Source: Candidatus Latescibacterota bacterium | GTDB lineage: Bacteria > Latescibacterota > UBA2968 > GCA-2709665 | Reading direction: 5' to 3' | Length of the DNA: 64,000 nt | NCBI GenBank assembly: GCA_965219455.1 | Contig: OZ244744.1 | Span: 2,048,001 to 2,112,000 of the forward strand | Part shown: piece by piece, positions 29,446 to 39,454 of the stretch | Numbering within the stretch: the first letter of the stretch is position 1 | How the letters are laid out: each line of letters starts with the position of its first letter | Notes under the pieces: generated by a model | Told to the model about the DNA's origin: nothing | What the model saw: only the letters and a program-made list of their open reading frames with translations | The model's database searches: none | Position numbers and translations under genes: made by a program

Positions 29446-30222
29446 CTAATCCGACATCCCGTCGATTGCGCTCACCTCGTCTTCGGACAGGGTCCAATTG
29501 AAAACATCCAGGTTGGCGCACAGATGCTGTTCCGTGCTGGCTTTCGGAATGACGTTCATGCCCTTCCGGAGCAGCCACTTGAGCGCGACGTGCGCGGACG
29601 TCTTGTCGTGGCTGCGGGCGATATTCGTCAGTACGGGGTCCTGAAGGATATTCTTCTTGCCCAGTGGCGAGTAAGCCGTTACGGCCACGTTGTGTTCCAG
29701 GCACCAATCCAGCACGTCCCGCTGTTCATAGCCCGGATGGTATTTGATCTGGTTGACGCTGATCGGTGCTCCCGAAATGGAGCAGGCCTTTTTCATTTGC
29801 TCGACGGAGAAGTTGCTGACGCCGATGCTTCTGGCCTTGCCCGCGTCGATGATCGCGTTGAAGGCGCCGATTGGTTCTTCCATGGGCACGTCATCCGGCG
29901 GCCAGTGTACCAGCAGCAGGTCCACGTAATCCATCTGGAGATACTGCAGATTCTCATCCGCCTGTTTGATCGCAACGTCATACTTCAGGTAGTCCTGGCC
30001 GACCTTGGTCGTGATGAACAGCTTTGAACGGTCCACGCCGGACTCGCGGAGCGCTTCGCCGATCTCCCGTTGATTCCCGTAGATCCAGGCCGTATCGAAG
30101 TGGGTGTAGCCGAGCTCGAGTGCCTGTTTGATTACCTGCTTACACGGTTCGTCTTTCAGCGGATAGGTGCCGAGGCCCACAACCGGCAACGTGTGACCGG
30201 AAAGCAGGGTCAAGGATTCCAT
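29446..30222 (-). CDS. aldo/keto reductase
   Basis: GLGTY, DTA..Y, TTK, LLVHWP, IGVSNF, AYSPLG, IPK. Confidence 0.93.
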   Translation of the reverse strand: MESLTLLSGHTLPVVGLGTYPLKDEPCKQVIKQALELGYTHFDTAWIYGNQREIGEALRESGVDRSKLFITTKVGQDYLKYDVAIKQADENLQYLQMDYVDLLLVHWPPDDVPMEEPIGAFNAIIDAGKARSIGVSNFSVEQMKKACSISGAPISVNQIKYHPGYEQRDVLDWCLEHNVAVTAYSPLGKKNILQDPVLTNIARSHDKTSAHVALKWLLRKGMNVIPKASTEQHLCANLDVFNWTLSEDEVSAIDGMSD

Positions 30223-30379
30223 CGTCTACTCCCTGGTGTCGAAGTGGCGAAGCGTTATCATCTCACGCACAAAATACAAGGCTGCCAGGCGCGAATAACT
30301 GGTGGCTGCGGCCCGTAAATTACGAAGAAAAACGTATGGACGGCAAGTTGTAACGGAGCCGGGGGCAACGGACAGGACT

Positions 30380-31156
30380 TCAGGGAGGTGTGATGATATT
30401 AGGGCGGTTGTAAGTATCGGGTTCTTCACGGAGCGTGTAACCCAGGTCTTCCAGCCGGTATCGGGGGCGGTAACCGAGGAGCTTCTCCGCCCTGGAAAGG
30501 TCCCAGCGGCGCCTGCTGCTTTCACCAACGAGGGTAATTATCTCGTAGCCGATGTCGGGAGCCTCGAGTGCGAGTTTGTAGGCCTGTATCAGGTCTGGAA
30601 AGGCGAGCCACTGGGGCAGAATGGGTGCATTCCTGAATTCCGGGTCGTCAATATCGAAAGGTTTGGGGATGCGCAGACAGAGTGCGGAGATGCCGTGCAT
30701 TTCCGCGTAGTACTCAGCGATGTTTTCGCCCAGGTATTTCGTGAGGGCGTAGGTTCCTACCGGCTTCGCCGGTGCGTCGCCGTCGACCCACTGCGGCGGG
30801 GGATAGCCCCATACGACGGTAAGGCTGCTGGTGTAGATCACCCGCTTGAGCCGGTGGCGCCGGGCGGCTTCGAAGAGGTTGTAGGTGCCTTTAACGTTGA
30901 TATCCATCCGCTGGCTGTTGAAGGCGTCCTCTTCGTAGTCGCCCTCCCTGCCGGTGGCGATGGCCAGGTGGATGGCCATGTCCATCCCTTCCGCGGCATC
31001 GCAGACCTGCTCGATATCCGTAACGTCCACCTGACGCCAGCGGGAATCGCCCGGGAAAGCGCGCCGGCTCAACAGCCGAAGTTCGTGTTCGCCCTCGAGC
31101 GCGGGTACCAGCTTGCTGCCAATGACGCCCGTAGCGCCGGTGATGAGGATTCTCAT
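30380..31156 (-). CDS. NAD-dependent epimerase/dehydratase (uronate-dehydrogenase-like SDR)
   Basis: TGATGVIG, YALTK, C-terminal WDL..A..LLGY.P. Confidence 0.85.
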   Translation of the reverse strand: MRILITGATGVIGSKLVPALEGEHELRLLSRRAFPGDSRWRQVDVTDIEQVCDAAEGMDMAIHLAIATGREGDYEEDAFNSQRMDINVKGTYNLFEAARRHRLKRVIYTSSLTVVWGYPPPQWVDGDAPAKPVGTYALTKYLGENIAEYYAEMHGISALCLRIPKPFDIDDPEFRNAPILPQWLAFPDLIQAYKLALEAPDIGYEIITLVGESSRRRWDLSRAEKLLGYRPRYRLEDLGYTLREEPDTYNRPNIITPP

Positions 31157-32103
31157 GGGTGGATCGGGTTGAATTCCAGGCCGGCGAACACCGGTTTGGG
31201 TGTGATGATCAGTTCCGGTATTCGGGCGTGATGCGTGTTCTTCATCATTACCCTTACCGCGTAGAAACCAAATTTCTCGCTTAAGGATATGATTTCCGGC
31301 GCCTTGTCGTAGGTCATCAGGAATTCCGCACCACTTTCAGCAAGCAATTCGAACAGCTTCGGATGATCAACCTCGTTGTGGGCATAGAGCCGCCTACCCG
31401 CGCGCTTGCCTCCTGCAGTGTACGGCGGGTCCACAAAAACCACAGTGGCGCCATTCGTCACCTTACCACAACCGCGATTGGCAACGAACTCTTCTAGTAA
31501 GCGCATTCCGTCTGTTTCCCGAAATTCAACGCGGTCGGTGTGATCCGCAATTGTCCACAAGCGGTTGACGATTGTTTCCGGATACCATCGGGACGCCACG
31601 CCCTTGCCGTTTTCTCCCGCGCGGGAAAGTGACGCACCGGGAGCGAGTATGCCGCCCCGGCGCGTTCGGTTCAACACGAGAGTACGAAAACCATGTTCCA
31701 GCAGGTTTTGAGGGCGTTTACTCGCAAGCGCGTTTACAGCTTCCCGTGTCGGCTTGAAACGCATTACGTTAGCGCAAAGCTCGGGACCGTATTTCAACGC
31801 CGCGTGCCAAAAAGCAGCCACATCCTGGTCGAGTTCCGCCATGAGGCACCTGTCCACAAGCCCTTCCATTACAGCAGTAAGCGAAACGGTCCCACCCCCC
31901 GCGAACGGTTCGATGAGCAACCGCGGCATCGGCTTGATCCCCCGAAGCCATACACGAATATGTGGGATCAGCCAGGTTTTTCCGCCTGGGTATCGAAGAG
32001 GGCTCCGTTGCGGTACCGAGGCGACGTTTACAGCCGGAATCGGAGAAACTCCAATCGCATCCAGTTCTTTTGGATCAAATAGATCCACCTGGAGTTCGTT
32101 CAT
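31153..32103 (-). CDS. Dam-family (D12 class) N6-adenine DNA methyltransferase
   Basis: SPLRYPGGK, EPFAGGG (motif I), LNRT, DPPY (motif IV). Confidence 0.92.
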   Translation of the reverse strand: MNELQVDLFDPKELDAIGVSPIPAVNVASVPQRSPLRYPGGKTWLIPHIRVWLRGIKPMPRLLIEPFAGGGTVSLTAVMEGLVDRCLMAELDQDVAAFWHAALKYGPELCANVMRFKPTREAVNALASKRPQNLLEHGFRTLVLNRTRRGGILAPGASLSRAGENGKGVASRWYPETIVNRLWTIADHTDRVEFRETDGMRLLEEFVANRGCGKVTNGATVVFVDPPYTAGGKRAGRRLYAHNEVDHPKLFELLAESGAEFLMTYDKAPEIISLSEKFGFYAVRVMMKNTHHARIPELIITPKPVFAGLEFNPIHP

Positions 32104-32859
32104 TGTTCTTTCTGTACCTTGTTCAGTAAACTTACTCGTAGCGAATATCGGTCTCGGGAAAGAGAATAATTGGGGAACGGTAGAAAACCTAAAAGCGACT
32201 TAACTAATGGATTTCGATTTGAGAAACGGTCAATCGCGCCTGTGTGGCACAGGCAGGCTAAGGGAAGTCACGTTACCGCCGCAGAAACCCTCGATGCATG
32301 TAGACGATTCCAGTGGCCTGAGGATATAATTATATACTCATCAAACACGCCGATGACAAGGGTGTTTTGGCCGGGTTTCCGGGTATAAATGTGATGTCCA
32401 ACGGATTGAGGAACTTCGGTGGTCTATCAACGCCGGGGCGAAGCGCTACTGCTATCCTTTTTCCCTTGTCAAAAACAGTTGAATATCCCGCCAAATCGGC
32501 AATTTGTGATCTCTACACCAATAGATCAGACCACCCCGAAAAAGGAAGTGGGAACGGCATTTCATTTTTCGCAAGATGGATGGAAAAAAGGTGCAAGAAC
32601 CGTCATCATGCACTGTCAGTCGCCAGACTGGACGCTCATCCGGCAGGAGATTCATATACTGCAATTGTCCGCATCGGTATGGGCATAACAGTGTGGAAAG
32701 GCGACCGGAAAGCAAATGTCGATCGCGTACTTTATGCCCACAATTAAAACTGTTCCTGCGGCTTCCATTTACCGATATTCTTTCACATGTCCTCAGCAGA
32801 GTCAGAGGAGGAATAGTTGATGCTGATGACGGCTCTATCGACAGCGGTAAACCAGGCCG

Positions 32860-33426
32860 ATGCGGGTGATTATTCCGGCGATTTGGATGAAAGAGGGGCG
32901 CAACAGTACCTCGCGCGAAGTGCAGACCGGGGGCGTCTGGCTGGCGATGGACCATAAACCGGGCTCGGCGGCAACGGATGTGCGGGATCATGGTGTGGGC
33001 CGGTCAACGATGCCGACCGATCACCGCATTGAACAGGACATTGATTTTCTTTCACAGATTGTCATAATGGCGAAACCACGATTAAGCAGGTCGTCACGAG
33101 TAACCTTTCATGTGTTGCAGGAATGGGAAGGCTACGTCACTGAGATTAAGGACACGGAATTCGCTGCGCGTCTGACCGATCTGACGTCCGGTGCGAAATA
33201 TGCGGGTGAAGAAGCCTGCATTCCCCTGGAAGAGATATCTGATGACGACGCTGACAAGATGCAAGTGGGGAGCATCTTCCGCTGGGTGATCGGTTACGAG
33301 TGCAAAGGGCGTGCAAAAAAGCGGGTTTCTCAAATCGTGTTGCGCGACCTTCCTATGATCACGAAGTCCGACATGCGAGATGGCCGGGAATGGGGCCATA
33401 GTATCGTAGCGGTTTTCCAGCAATGA
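32860..33426 (+). CDS. hypothetical protein (LQEWEGYV...GSIFRWVIGY domain), possibly frameshifted at its 5' end
   Basis: Globular-looking C-terminal ~110 aa. The strong RBS GAGGAGG (32805-32811) precedes ATG 32820 in a different frame that stops at 32957. Confidence 0.65.
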   Translation: MRVIIPAIWMKEGRNSTSREVQTGGVWLAMDHKPGSAATDVRDHGVGRSTMPTDHRIEQDIDFLSQIVIMAKPRLSRSSRVTFHVLQEWEGYVTEIKDTEFAARLTDLTSGAKYAGEEACIPLEEISDDDADKMQVGSIFRWVIGYECKGRAKKRVSQIVLRDLPMITKSDMRDGREWGHSIVAVFQQ

Positions 33427-33528
33427 CAATGCCGGCAACTCGTTAGACCAGCCAGGCAAATGTGAAATCTGGCGAGTCATTGCACCTGGAGTTTCTACTC
33501 ACATCGGCGAGCCCAGGGAGGTTCTTCC

Positions 33529-34809
33529 GTGAAACTAAAGTCTGTAGAAATCGAGAACTACCGCGCCATTGAGCAACTCAAGCTGCGGCTCGATCCGCAG
33601 CTGACCGTGTTTCACGGCGCCAATGGGGACGGCAAGACCAGTGTATTAAGCGCGATTGCGGTGGGTCTGGGGGCGATTCCCAAGTTATTGTCCGATGTGA
33701 CGGACCTTGACTTCTGTGAGGAGGATCAGCGCGAGGGTGCGGGGGCTCCGCGCGTCTCGACCACCGACATGGATGGAAACTCCTGGGAGCGGCAAGGGGG
33801 GAGGCAGGCGGATGACCGAACGGTGCAGCACAGGATGATTGCCTTGGCCAGTTTTCTGGAAGGGCAATTCAAGGGCACTCGGCCAGATCAGGCCGATCTG
33901 CCTATTGCTGCTTTCTATAGTACGGACCGTGTGGTCTCAGGATTAGCCAAGGCGCCAAACGATCCTAAGGTCCGGTATTCTCGTTTCGACGCACTTGAGG
34001 GGGCCCTCGACGCTCGCACAGACTTTGGAGGTCTCTTTACCTGGTTTTATTTCAAGGAGGACGAGGAACTGAGAATACAAAAGGAACGACGCGATTTCAA
34101 TTATCAGGTAAAGGATCTCTCCGCTGCTCGCGGGGCAATCTCGTCCATGCTTCCCGAAGTGTCCGATCCCCGAACCGAATTGAATCCGCCGCGTTTTGTG
34201 GTGTCCCGGAAATCGGGTCAGGGGCTAGTGGAGAAGCTCTCGCTGGACCAGCTAAGTGGGGGCTATCGCATCGTGCTTGCGCTGGCTGCCGACCTTGCGC
34301 GGAGGATGGCGCAGGGAAATCCGCACCTCAAGAAACCGTTAGAGTCCGAAGCAATTGTACTGATTGACGAGGTAGAACTGCACCTGCATCCGGCCTGGCA
34401 GCAGCGTATCCTCGGCGATCTGCTGAGGACATTCCCAAACGCGCAGTTCATCGTCTCCACGCACAGCCCGCAGGTGCTGACGACGGTCGAGCCGCAACGC
34501 ATTGTGGAACTGTATCGGGATGGCGACCGGATTGTTGCCGGTGCATTGGAGGGGGCGACGTATGGGGCCGAAGCGGGAGACGTTCTTACCGTCGTAATGG
34601 GCGTAAACGAACGTCCGCCCGAGAATAAATTCACAAAAGGCCTGGCTCAATACAGAAGTCTGATCAGGCAGGGACAGTGGGAGTCCGGAGAAGCCCTGGC
34701 TTTGCGAGAAAGTTTGGAGAAAATGTCTCCCTATGATCCGGCCCTCGATCGCGCCGACCTTGAAATCCGACGGCGGAAGATGTTTGAGCAGCGGACCGAG
34801 TCGCAATGA
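33529..34809 (+). CDS. ABC/AAA ATPase, Septu PtuA / retron-effector-like
   Basis: Walker A GANGDGKTS, signature LSGGY, Walker B LIDEVELHLHP.WQ, STHSP; GGAGG RBS. Confidence 0.88.
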   Translation: MKLKSVEIENYRAIEQLKLRLDPQLTVFHGANGDGKTSVLSAIAVGLGAIPKLLSDVTDLDFCEEDQREGAGAPRVSTTDMDGNSWERQGGRQADDRTVQHRMIALASFLEGQFKGTRPDQADLPIAAFYSTDRVVSGLAKAPNDPKVRYSRFDALEGALDARTDFGGLFTWFYFKEDEELRIQKERRDFNYQVKDLSAARGAISSMLPEVSDPRTELNPPRFVVSRKSGQGLVEKLSLDQLSGGYRIVLALAADLARRMAQGNPHLKKPLESEAIVLIDEVELHLHPAWQQRILGDLLRTFPNAQFIVSTHSPQVLTTVEPQRIVELYRDGDRIVAGALEGATYGAEAGDVLTVVMGVNERPPENKFTKGLAQYRSLIRQGQWESGEALALRESLEKMSPYDPALDRADLEIRRRKMFEQRTESQ

Positions 34810-35558
34810 AGGTCATCCGCAAATTGAAAACCCCGACTTCCGGCCTTGCCGAATATCTCAAAGCCGTGGGGGACGAAGCGAATTGGGACGAGTTTCGTTC
34901 TCACAATTCGGGGGCATCTTACCGCGAACTGAGGGAGGCCCTGACTCAAAACCAACGTGGAATTTGCGCGTACTGTGAGATGGTGATCGATGAGTGGCGT
35001 CGCCAGGTGGAGCACGTGATCCCGCAGAGCGACAGCGAAAATGGTAGACTGAAGACGACGGATATAGCCAACATGGTCGCCTGCTGTACGGGCGGCACGA
35101 CCCCGGATGGTGATGATAGTTACCGTAGACCAGTGCGATACAATATGAGTTGCGGTCAAGCGAAAGGAAATCAGATTGACGAAGATTTCATCGACCCTCG
35201 TACGCTACCTGCAATGCCATCGCTTGTAAGAGTGCTTGATGACGGACGGATTGAAGCCGACGAAACTGCCTGCCAAAGTGCCAAATTTCATTTTGACAGT
35301 GTGACCCGCACAATTGATATTCTGAACCTAAACGCGGAACGGCTACGGTTGAACCGCGAGAAGTGGTGGAATGGTCTTGAGGAAGAGACCGCGGAAGTTG
35401 AAGATACGGACAATCCTGATATGATCAAAACCTGGATACGCTCATTGCTGACGCCTGATGAGAACAACCGGCTGATACCCCTGTTCACCACAACCCGATC
35501 TTACTTCGCCCCGCTGGGCGAAGTCATCCTGGCTGAAGAACCCCAAGAATGGATCTGA
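34806..35558 (+). CDS. HNH endonuclease, PtuB / TIGR02646-like
   Basis: Q.GICAYCE, EHVIP, N...CC, SCGQAKGN, TI.ILNLN; ATGA overlap with the ATPase. Confidence 0.85.
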   Translation: MKVIRKLKTPTSGLAEYLKAVGDEANWDEFRSHNSGASYRELREALTQNQRGICAYCEMVIDEWRRQVEHVIPQSDSENGRLKTTDIANMVACCTGGTTPDGDDSYRRPVRYNMSCGQAKGNQIDEDFIDPRTLPAMPSLVRVLDDGRIEADETACQSAKFHFDSVTRTIDILNLNAERLRLNREKWWNGLEEETAEVEDTDNPDMIKTWIRSLLTPDENNRLIPLFTTTRSYFAPLGEVILAEEPQEWI

Positions 35559-35610
35559 ACCGATGCCCTACGCCAAGATCGATTTGAATAGAAGTTGTTT
35601 GCCTGAAAGC

Positions 35611-35650
35611 AAGAAGCAGCCGATCTCTTTGGATCGGCTGCTTCTTTTTT
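35611..35650 (+). terminator. rho-independent terminator closing the defence islet
   Basis: AAGAAGCAGCCGATC-tcttt-GGATCGGCTGCTTCTT followed by a T-run. Confidence 0.85.
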
Positions 35651-35746
35651 GGTGCTTTACCACCGATGCCGGAACGTCGTATTACGGTGTATTATGATGT
35701 CATACGCCGAATTGTTGCGCCTGGGGCAGGGGATCTTCGCCTTCCC

Positions 35747-36079
35747 CTACATGCTCGCGTATGCCAGGCCCAGCACCGCGATGATGCCCGTCGAAACCAG
35801 GCAGAGTGCAAAGGGGCGAACCCCGCCGGTCTTGAGCGCGCGGAACTCGGTGATGAGGCCCACGGCTGCCATCGCTCCCGTAATCAGCCATTTGCCGGCG
35901 GACGCCAGCAGCAGTCCCAGATGGAATGTACGGTCTCCGCCGCCGAGCAGGAAGCGGTCCTCCACGGCGACGACGTCGTCTATGATGTCGCGGTTGAGAA
36001 TGGCAGGAACAAACCCAGCGCCGATCCCTTCGATGGCGAGGGGACCGGGAGATTTTCCGCTGAGTACCGCCGAGGCGGC
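35747..36079 (-). pseudogene. chimeric remnant: cysteine synthase fragment fused to a YeiH-like (putative sulfate exporter) C-terminus
   Basis: SAVLSGKSPGPLAIEGIGAGFVPAILNRDIIDDVVAVED (~36079-35957) is CysK-like; KWLITGAMAAVGLITEFRALKTGGVRPF is YeiH-like. Confidence 0.65.
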
Positions 36080-36296
36080 GGAAAGCGGTCGCGCGGCGTA
36101 GCACGCCCAATCCGGCGGAAAGACCGTGATTTCGCCAAATTGCTCGCGTTCCGCCGGGCGGCCGGCGTGAATCTCTTCGGTCCGAAACCGGCGCATAAAA
36201 CAAGTCGTTTTTCTTTTTCCTTTTTCGCGTATTCCTGTTTACTTTGCTGCAACCGGACACGATTCTCAATTCACTGGAAACGAAAGGAACTCAGGC

Positions 36297-39200
36297 ATGA
36301 AGACCGGACGAACTCTGCATACGGAGGACGCGGTCCGACGGATGCGTGACCACGTGGAGCGGTTCTCCGCGGCAAAAAAGATCGCAAATGAGATTGTCGA
36401 CCGTGCGCAGGTCTGGGCGAATCTGGATGACTCGTACGTTCGAGACCTGCCGCCCCCGGCGGCCATTTACCGGGGGTTTCTACCGTCGTTCGACGGGTGT
36501 CCGGTTCACGGCGAGGCGGTTTTCCAGGCGCCGGGGGGACCGTGGCAGGCCGATATCTTCAACCGTCCCTGGAAAATAAAGTGTTCCGTGGGCGGCGAGG
36601 AGTATCCTTCGAACGATTTTATGGCGTTTCACGGAACCGGAGACCGGTCCTTGCTTTCCGGCGATTACGCGGACGACGGGCTGGGGTGGGATCCTGGAGA
36701 CGGACGGCCCCGGTTCTGGTTCGCGGCGCACTACTGTTACCGTCTCTGGCACCGGTTGATTCCGGCGCTTCAGGATCTCGGGCGGGCGTATCTGATAACC
36801 GGAGACGCGCGGTACGGGCGCAAGGGCGCCATCCTGTTGGACAGGATGGCAACGTTGTTTCCCACCATGGACCACGCCGCGCAGTCCTGGTACGGCCTGA
36901 ACTATCAGGTAGGATATACGGGGCGTTTTCTGTATGCGGTTCAGGAGTCGTTCAACATCGGACTCTATGCCGAAGCATACGACAATCTGTACCCGGCATT
37001 GCGCTCCGACAGTGAAGTGCATGCGTTTCTGAAAAAGGAACCTGAAGCATTGATCCGGCACGTGGAAGACAAACTGGTGCGGCAGTCGGTGCGGGATATC
37101 TGGGAGGGGAAGATCCGGGGGAACTACGGGCTGCACCAGGCCTCGGCGGTGAAGGCGCTGGCGGTACTCGACGACGAGGCATTTACGGATTGGGCGATAA
37201 ATAAACTCGAGGCGTATACGGGATGCGGACCCAACACGGAGGTATGGGCATACGGCGTGGAGGGATGGGATCACGCGCTGGACAATTTCCTGTTTCGGGA
37301 CGGCGTCTCGTTCGAGGTAGCGATCGGTTACTCGGCGGGCTGCTGGACACGGTATATGCTGGATACGGACCTGGTACTGAAACGGCTGGGCAAACGCCGG
37401 CTGCCGAGCGAACACGTGCGTTCGCTGGGAAGCTGGTCCCGAAGACTGGCATGCTGGGGCGGAAAGTTGCCGGCAATCGCCGATACGGGTGCGGAGGTAA
37501 CCTATCCTCAGTTGGACCTCTCATCGCTGCAGCGGTTCTTCAGGGGTTACGGATGGCCGGAGTACGCCCGTGCGCTTCTGAACGAGGGCGTGACGGACGA
37601 AAGCGGGTTCAGGAGTTACGACGATCTGTTCGAAGTACCGCTGACGAAAAACGACCTGGAACGCGCCGCCGGAAAACTCCCGAAATGGCCCGTGGAGAGC
37701 GATAACCTGGGAGGGGTGGGATTCGTGATCTTGCGCAGCGGGCGGGCGGAGAACCAGTTGGCGGCTGTGCTTCAGTACGGGCACGCCAATGCCGGCCACG
37801 CGCATCGGGACCGGTTGAACCTGGAGGTCATCGCGGGCGACAAGCGGGTTGTGCCCGATACGGGCTATCCCACACACGCGGCCGAACATCCGGACCCGCC
37901 TGTATGGGAAAAGAATACCATCAGCCACGTTACGGTTGTCGTGAACGAGACCCGCCAGGACACGGCCGACGAAGGCCGCCTGGAACGGTTCGGAGCAACC
38001 CCTCGTGTGCAGCACGTGGAACTTTCGGCGCCACGGGCCTACCTGGATGCCGACGTGTATCGACGCGGGGTGACGCTGCTGGAGTTGTCGCCGGATCTGC
38101 AGATCCTTGTGGACCTCTTCCACGTAAAGGGCGGCTGGGCGCACGACTATTCTTTCCACGGATTCGATGGGACGTTTTCAACCGCGGGCGCTTCGTTTCA
38201 AACGCAGGAGGGCGGCACCCTGGCGGGACCGGACGTCCCGTTCCGGAAGCTGTACGACGATCCCGAACTGGAACGTCACGCCGCGATGCCGGGGCTGCCG
38301 GGGACAAACGGCAAGCGCAGTTACGGTTCATACCGGGGCAGCGGCTTTTCCTACCTGTACGACGTGCGCCGCGGGCAACCGCCGGGTGAATTCCGGGCCG
38401 ATTGGCGGGATGAGGAGATGGGATTGAGGATAGTCGTACCCGAGGGCGTCGCACAGGAGGTCATCACCGCCCATGGCAAAACGCCGAACAAACCAGGTGC
38501 GCCCGAGCATCTGGATTATGTCCTGTTGCGGAATCGGGGAGACCGCGAACGAGGCGGTCTGAACAGTCTGTTCGCCGTTGTGTGCGAGGCATATCGGAAA
38601 TCCCCGAAGTTGACGGGTGTGAGGCGCCTTGACCTGGTCGCAGGCGAGGACGCAATCGGTTTGGAAATTTCCTGGCAGGGTGGAAGATGTTATCTGTTCA
38701 GCGCGTTGGCGGACGAGGGCCGATCCGTCTTTGAGGGCGATCTCGAATTGGATGGCGGATTCGGGGTGTTGACCCAAGACGCGAAGGGCCGTCCGTCATG
38801 GGCGTGTTTATCGGGAAAGAGGCTGGGTGCCGGCGACGTCGACGTAGCGGGCGCGGGCACATGGCGAGGGCGAATTGCCGGAATGGACGCCGATAACTGC
38901 CGGGTGACGGTAACGTCGGAAACTGGCGGAGCGCCGGCGGCGGGCGAGACACTGATGGTGTCGAACCCTCCCCACGCATGCAATTTCCCGATTGAGTCGG
39001 TGGAGCCCGCAGGTGACAGTTGGCTGTGTTCGCTGGGTGCCAAGCGGCTGCACATCGGGCGGTTTGTTGTAGAGGCGGAGACAGACGACGGTTTGCTGAC
39101 CAGGACGTGGATTCACCGGGAATGGGAGGATACGGAAGATTCGGGATGTCATTATCTCAAGGGCGCCCGGCTGGCTTACAGGGAACGACTCCACACCATC

Positions 39201-39353
39201 GAGCGGGTGATACCGCGAGAGGAGGGCGGACACCGGTTCGTGCTGCGGGATGCGATTCCGTGGCCCAACGCGCCGGACGACATCCCGTTGATTTACGACC
39301 TGGGGCCGGGGGATTCGTGCGTTGTGCGGCCGATGGTGTTCGTGGAGCTTTGA
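36297..39353 (+). CDS. heparinase II/III-like protein
   Basis: 1018 aa; LGRAYLITGD.RY, GN.GLH, DGVSFE, GHAHRDRLNL, DTGY, NTISHVTVVVN. Confidence 0.78.
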   Translation: MKTGRTLHTEDAVRRMRDHVERFSAAKKIANEIVDRAQVWANLDDSYVRDLPPPAAIYRGFLPSFDGCPVHGEAVFQAPGGPWQADIFNRPWKIKCSVGGEEYPSNDFMAFHGTGDRSLLSGDYADDGLGWDPGDGRPRFWFAAHYCYRLWHRLIPALQDLGRAYLITGDARYGRKGAILLDRMATLFPTMDHAAQSWYGLNYQVGYTGRFLYAVQESFNIGLYAEAYDNLYPALRSDSEVHAFLKKEPEALIRHVEDKLVRQSVRDIWEGKIRGNYGLHQASAVKALAVLDDEAFTDWAINKLEAYTGCGPNTEVWAYGVEGWDHALDNFLFRDGVSFEVAIGYSAGCWTRYMLDTDLVLKRLGKRRLPSEHVRSLGSWSRRLACWGGKLPAIADTGAEVTYPQLDLSSLQRFFRGYGWPEYARALLNEGVTDESGFRSYDDLFEVPLTKNDLERAAGKLPKWPVESDNLGGVGFVILRSGRAENQLAAVLQYGHANAGHAHRDRLNLEVIAGDKRVVPDTGYPTHAAEHPDPPVWEKNTISHVTVVVNETRQDTADEGRLERFGATPRVQHVELSAPRAYLDADVYRRGVTLLELSPDLQILVDLFHVKGGWAHDYSFHGFDGTFSTAGASFQTQEGGTLAGPDVPFRKLYDDPELERHAAMPGLPGTNGKRSYGSYRGSGFSYLYDVRRGQPPGEFRADWRDEEMGLRIVVPEGVAQEVITAHGKTPNKPGAPEHLDYVLLRNRGDRERGGLNSLFAVVCEAYRKSPKLTGVRRLDLVAGEDAIGLEISWQGGRCYLFSALADEGRSVFEGDLELDGGFGVLTQDAKGRPSWACLSGKRLGAGDVDVAGAGTWRGRIAGMDADNCRVTVTSETGGAPAAGETLMVSNPPHACNFPIESVEPAGDSWLCSLGAKRLHIGRFVVEAETDDGLLTRTWIHREWEDTEDSGCHYLKGARLAYRERLHTIERVIPREEGGHRFVLRDAIPWPNAPDDIPLIYDLGPGDSCVVRPMVFVEL

Positions 39354-39454
39354 TGGCAGCGAACCGGCCGAAACTCGGCGACCAATCACGATATTTCGCG
39401 CGGATTTTTTCATCAATCGAAACGATACGCATAAAAAGCTAAGGAGGGAAACAG

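Noticed and set aside
32170-32869. Short ORFs between the MTase and the unknown gene
   Set aside because: Overlapping frames with no RBS or motifs, and no controller-protein HTH recognised.
33529-35558. Calling the ATPase/HNH pair a retron
   Set aside because: No reverse transcriptase ORF (no YADD-like motif) is in the window and no msr-msd structure could be established.
35645-35680. Possible tRNA 3' end / att site (minus strand GCACCA before the terminator)
   Set aside because: No T-arm (GTTCRA) or acceptor-stem pairing upstream.
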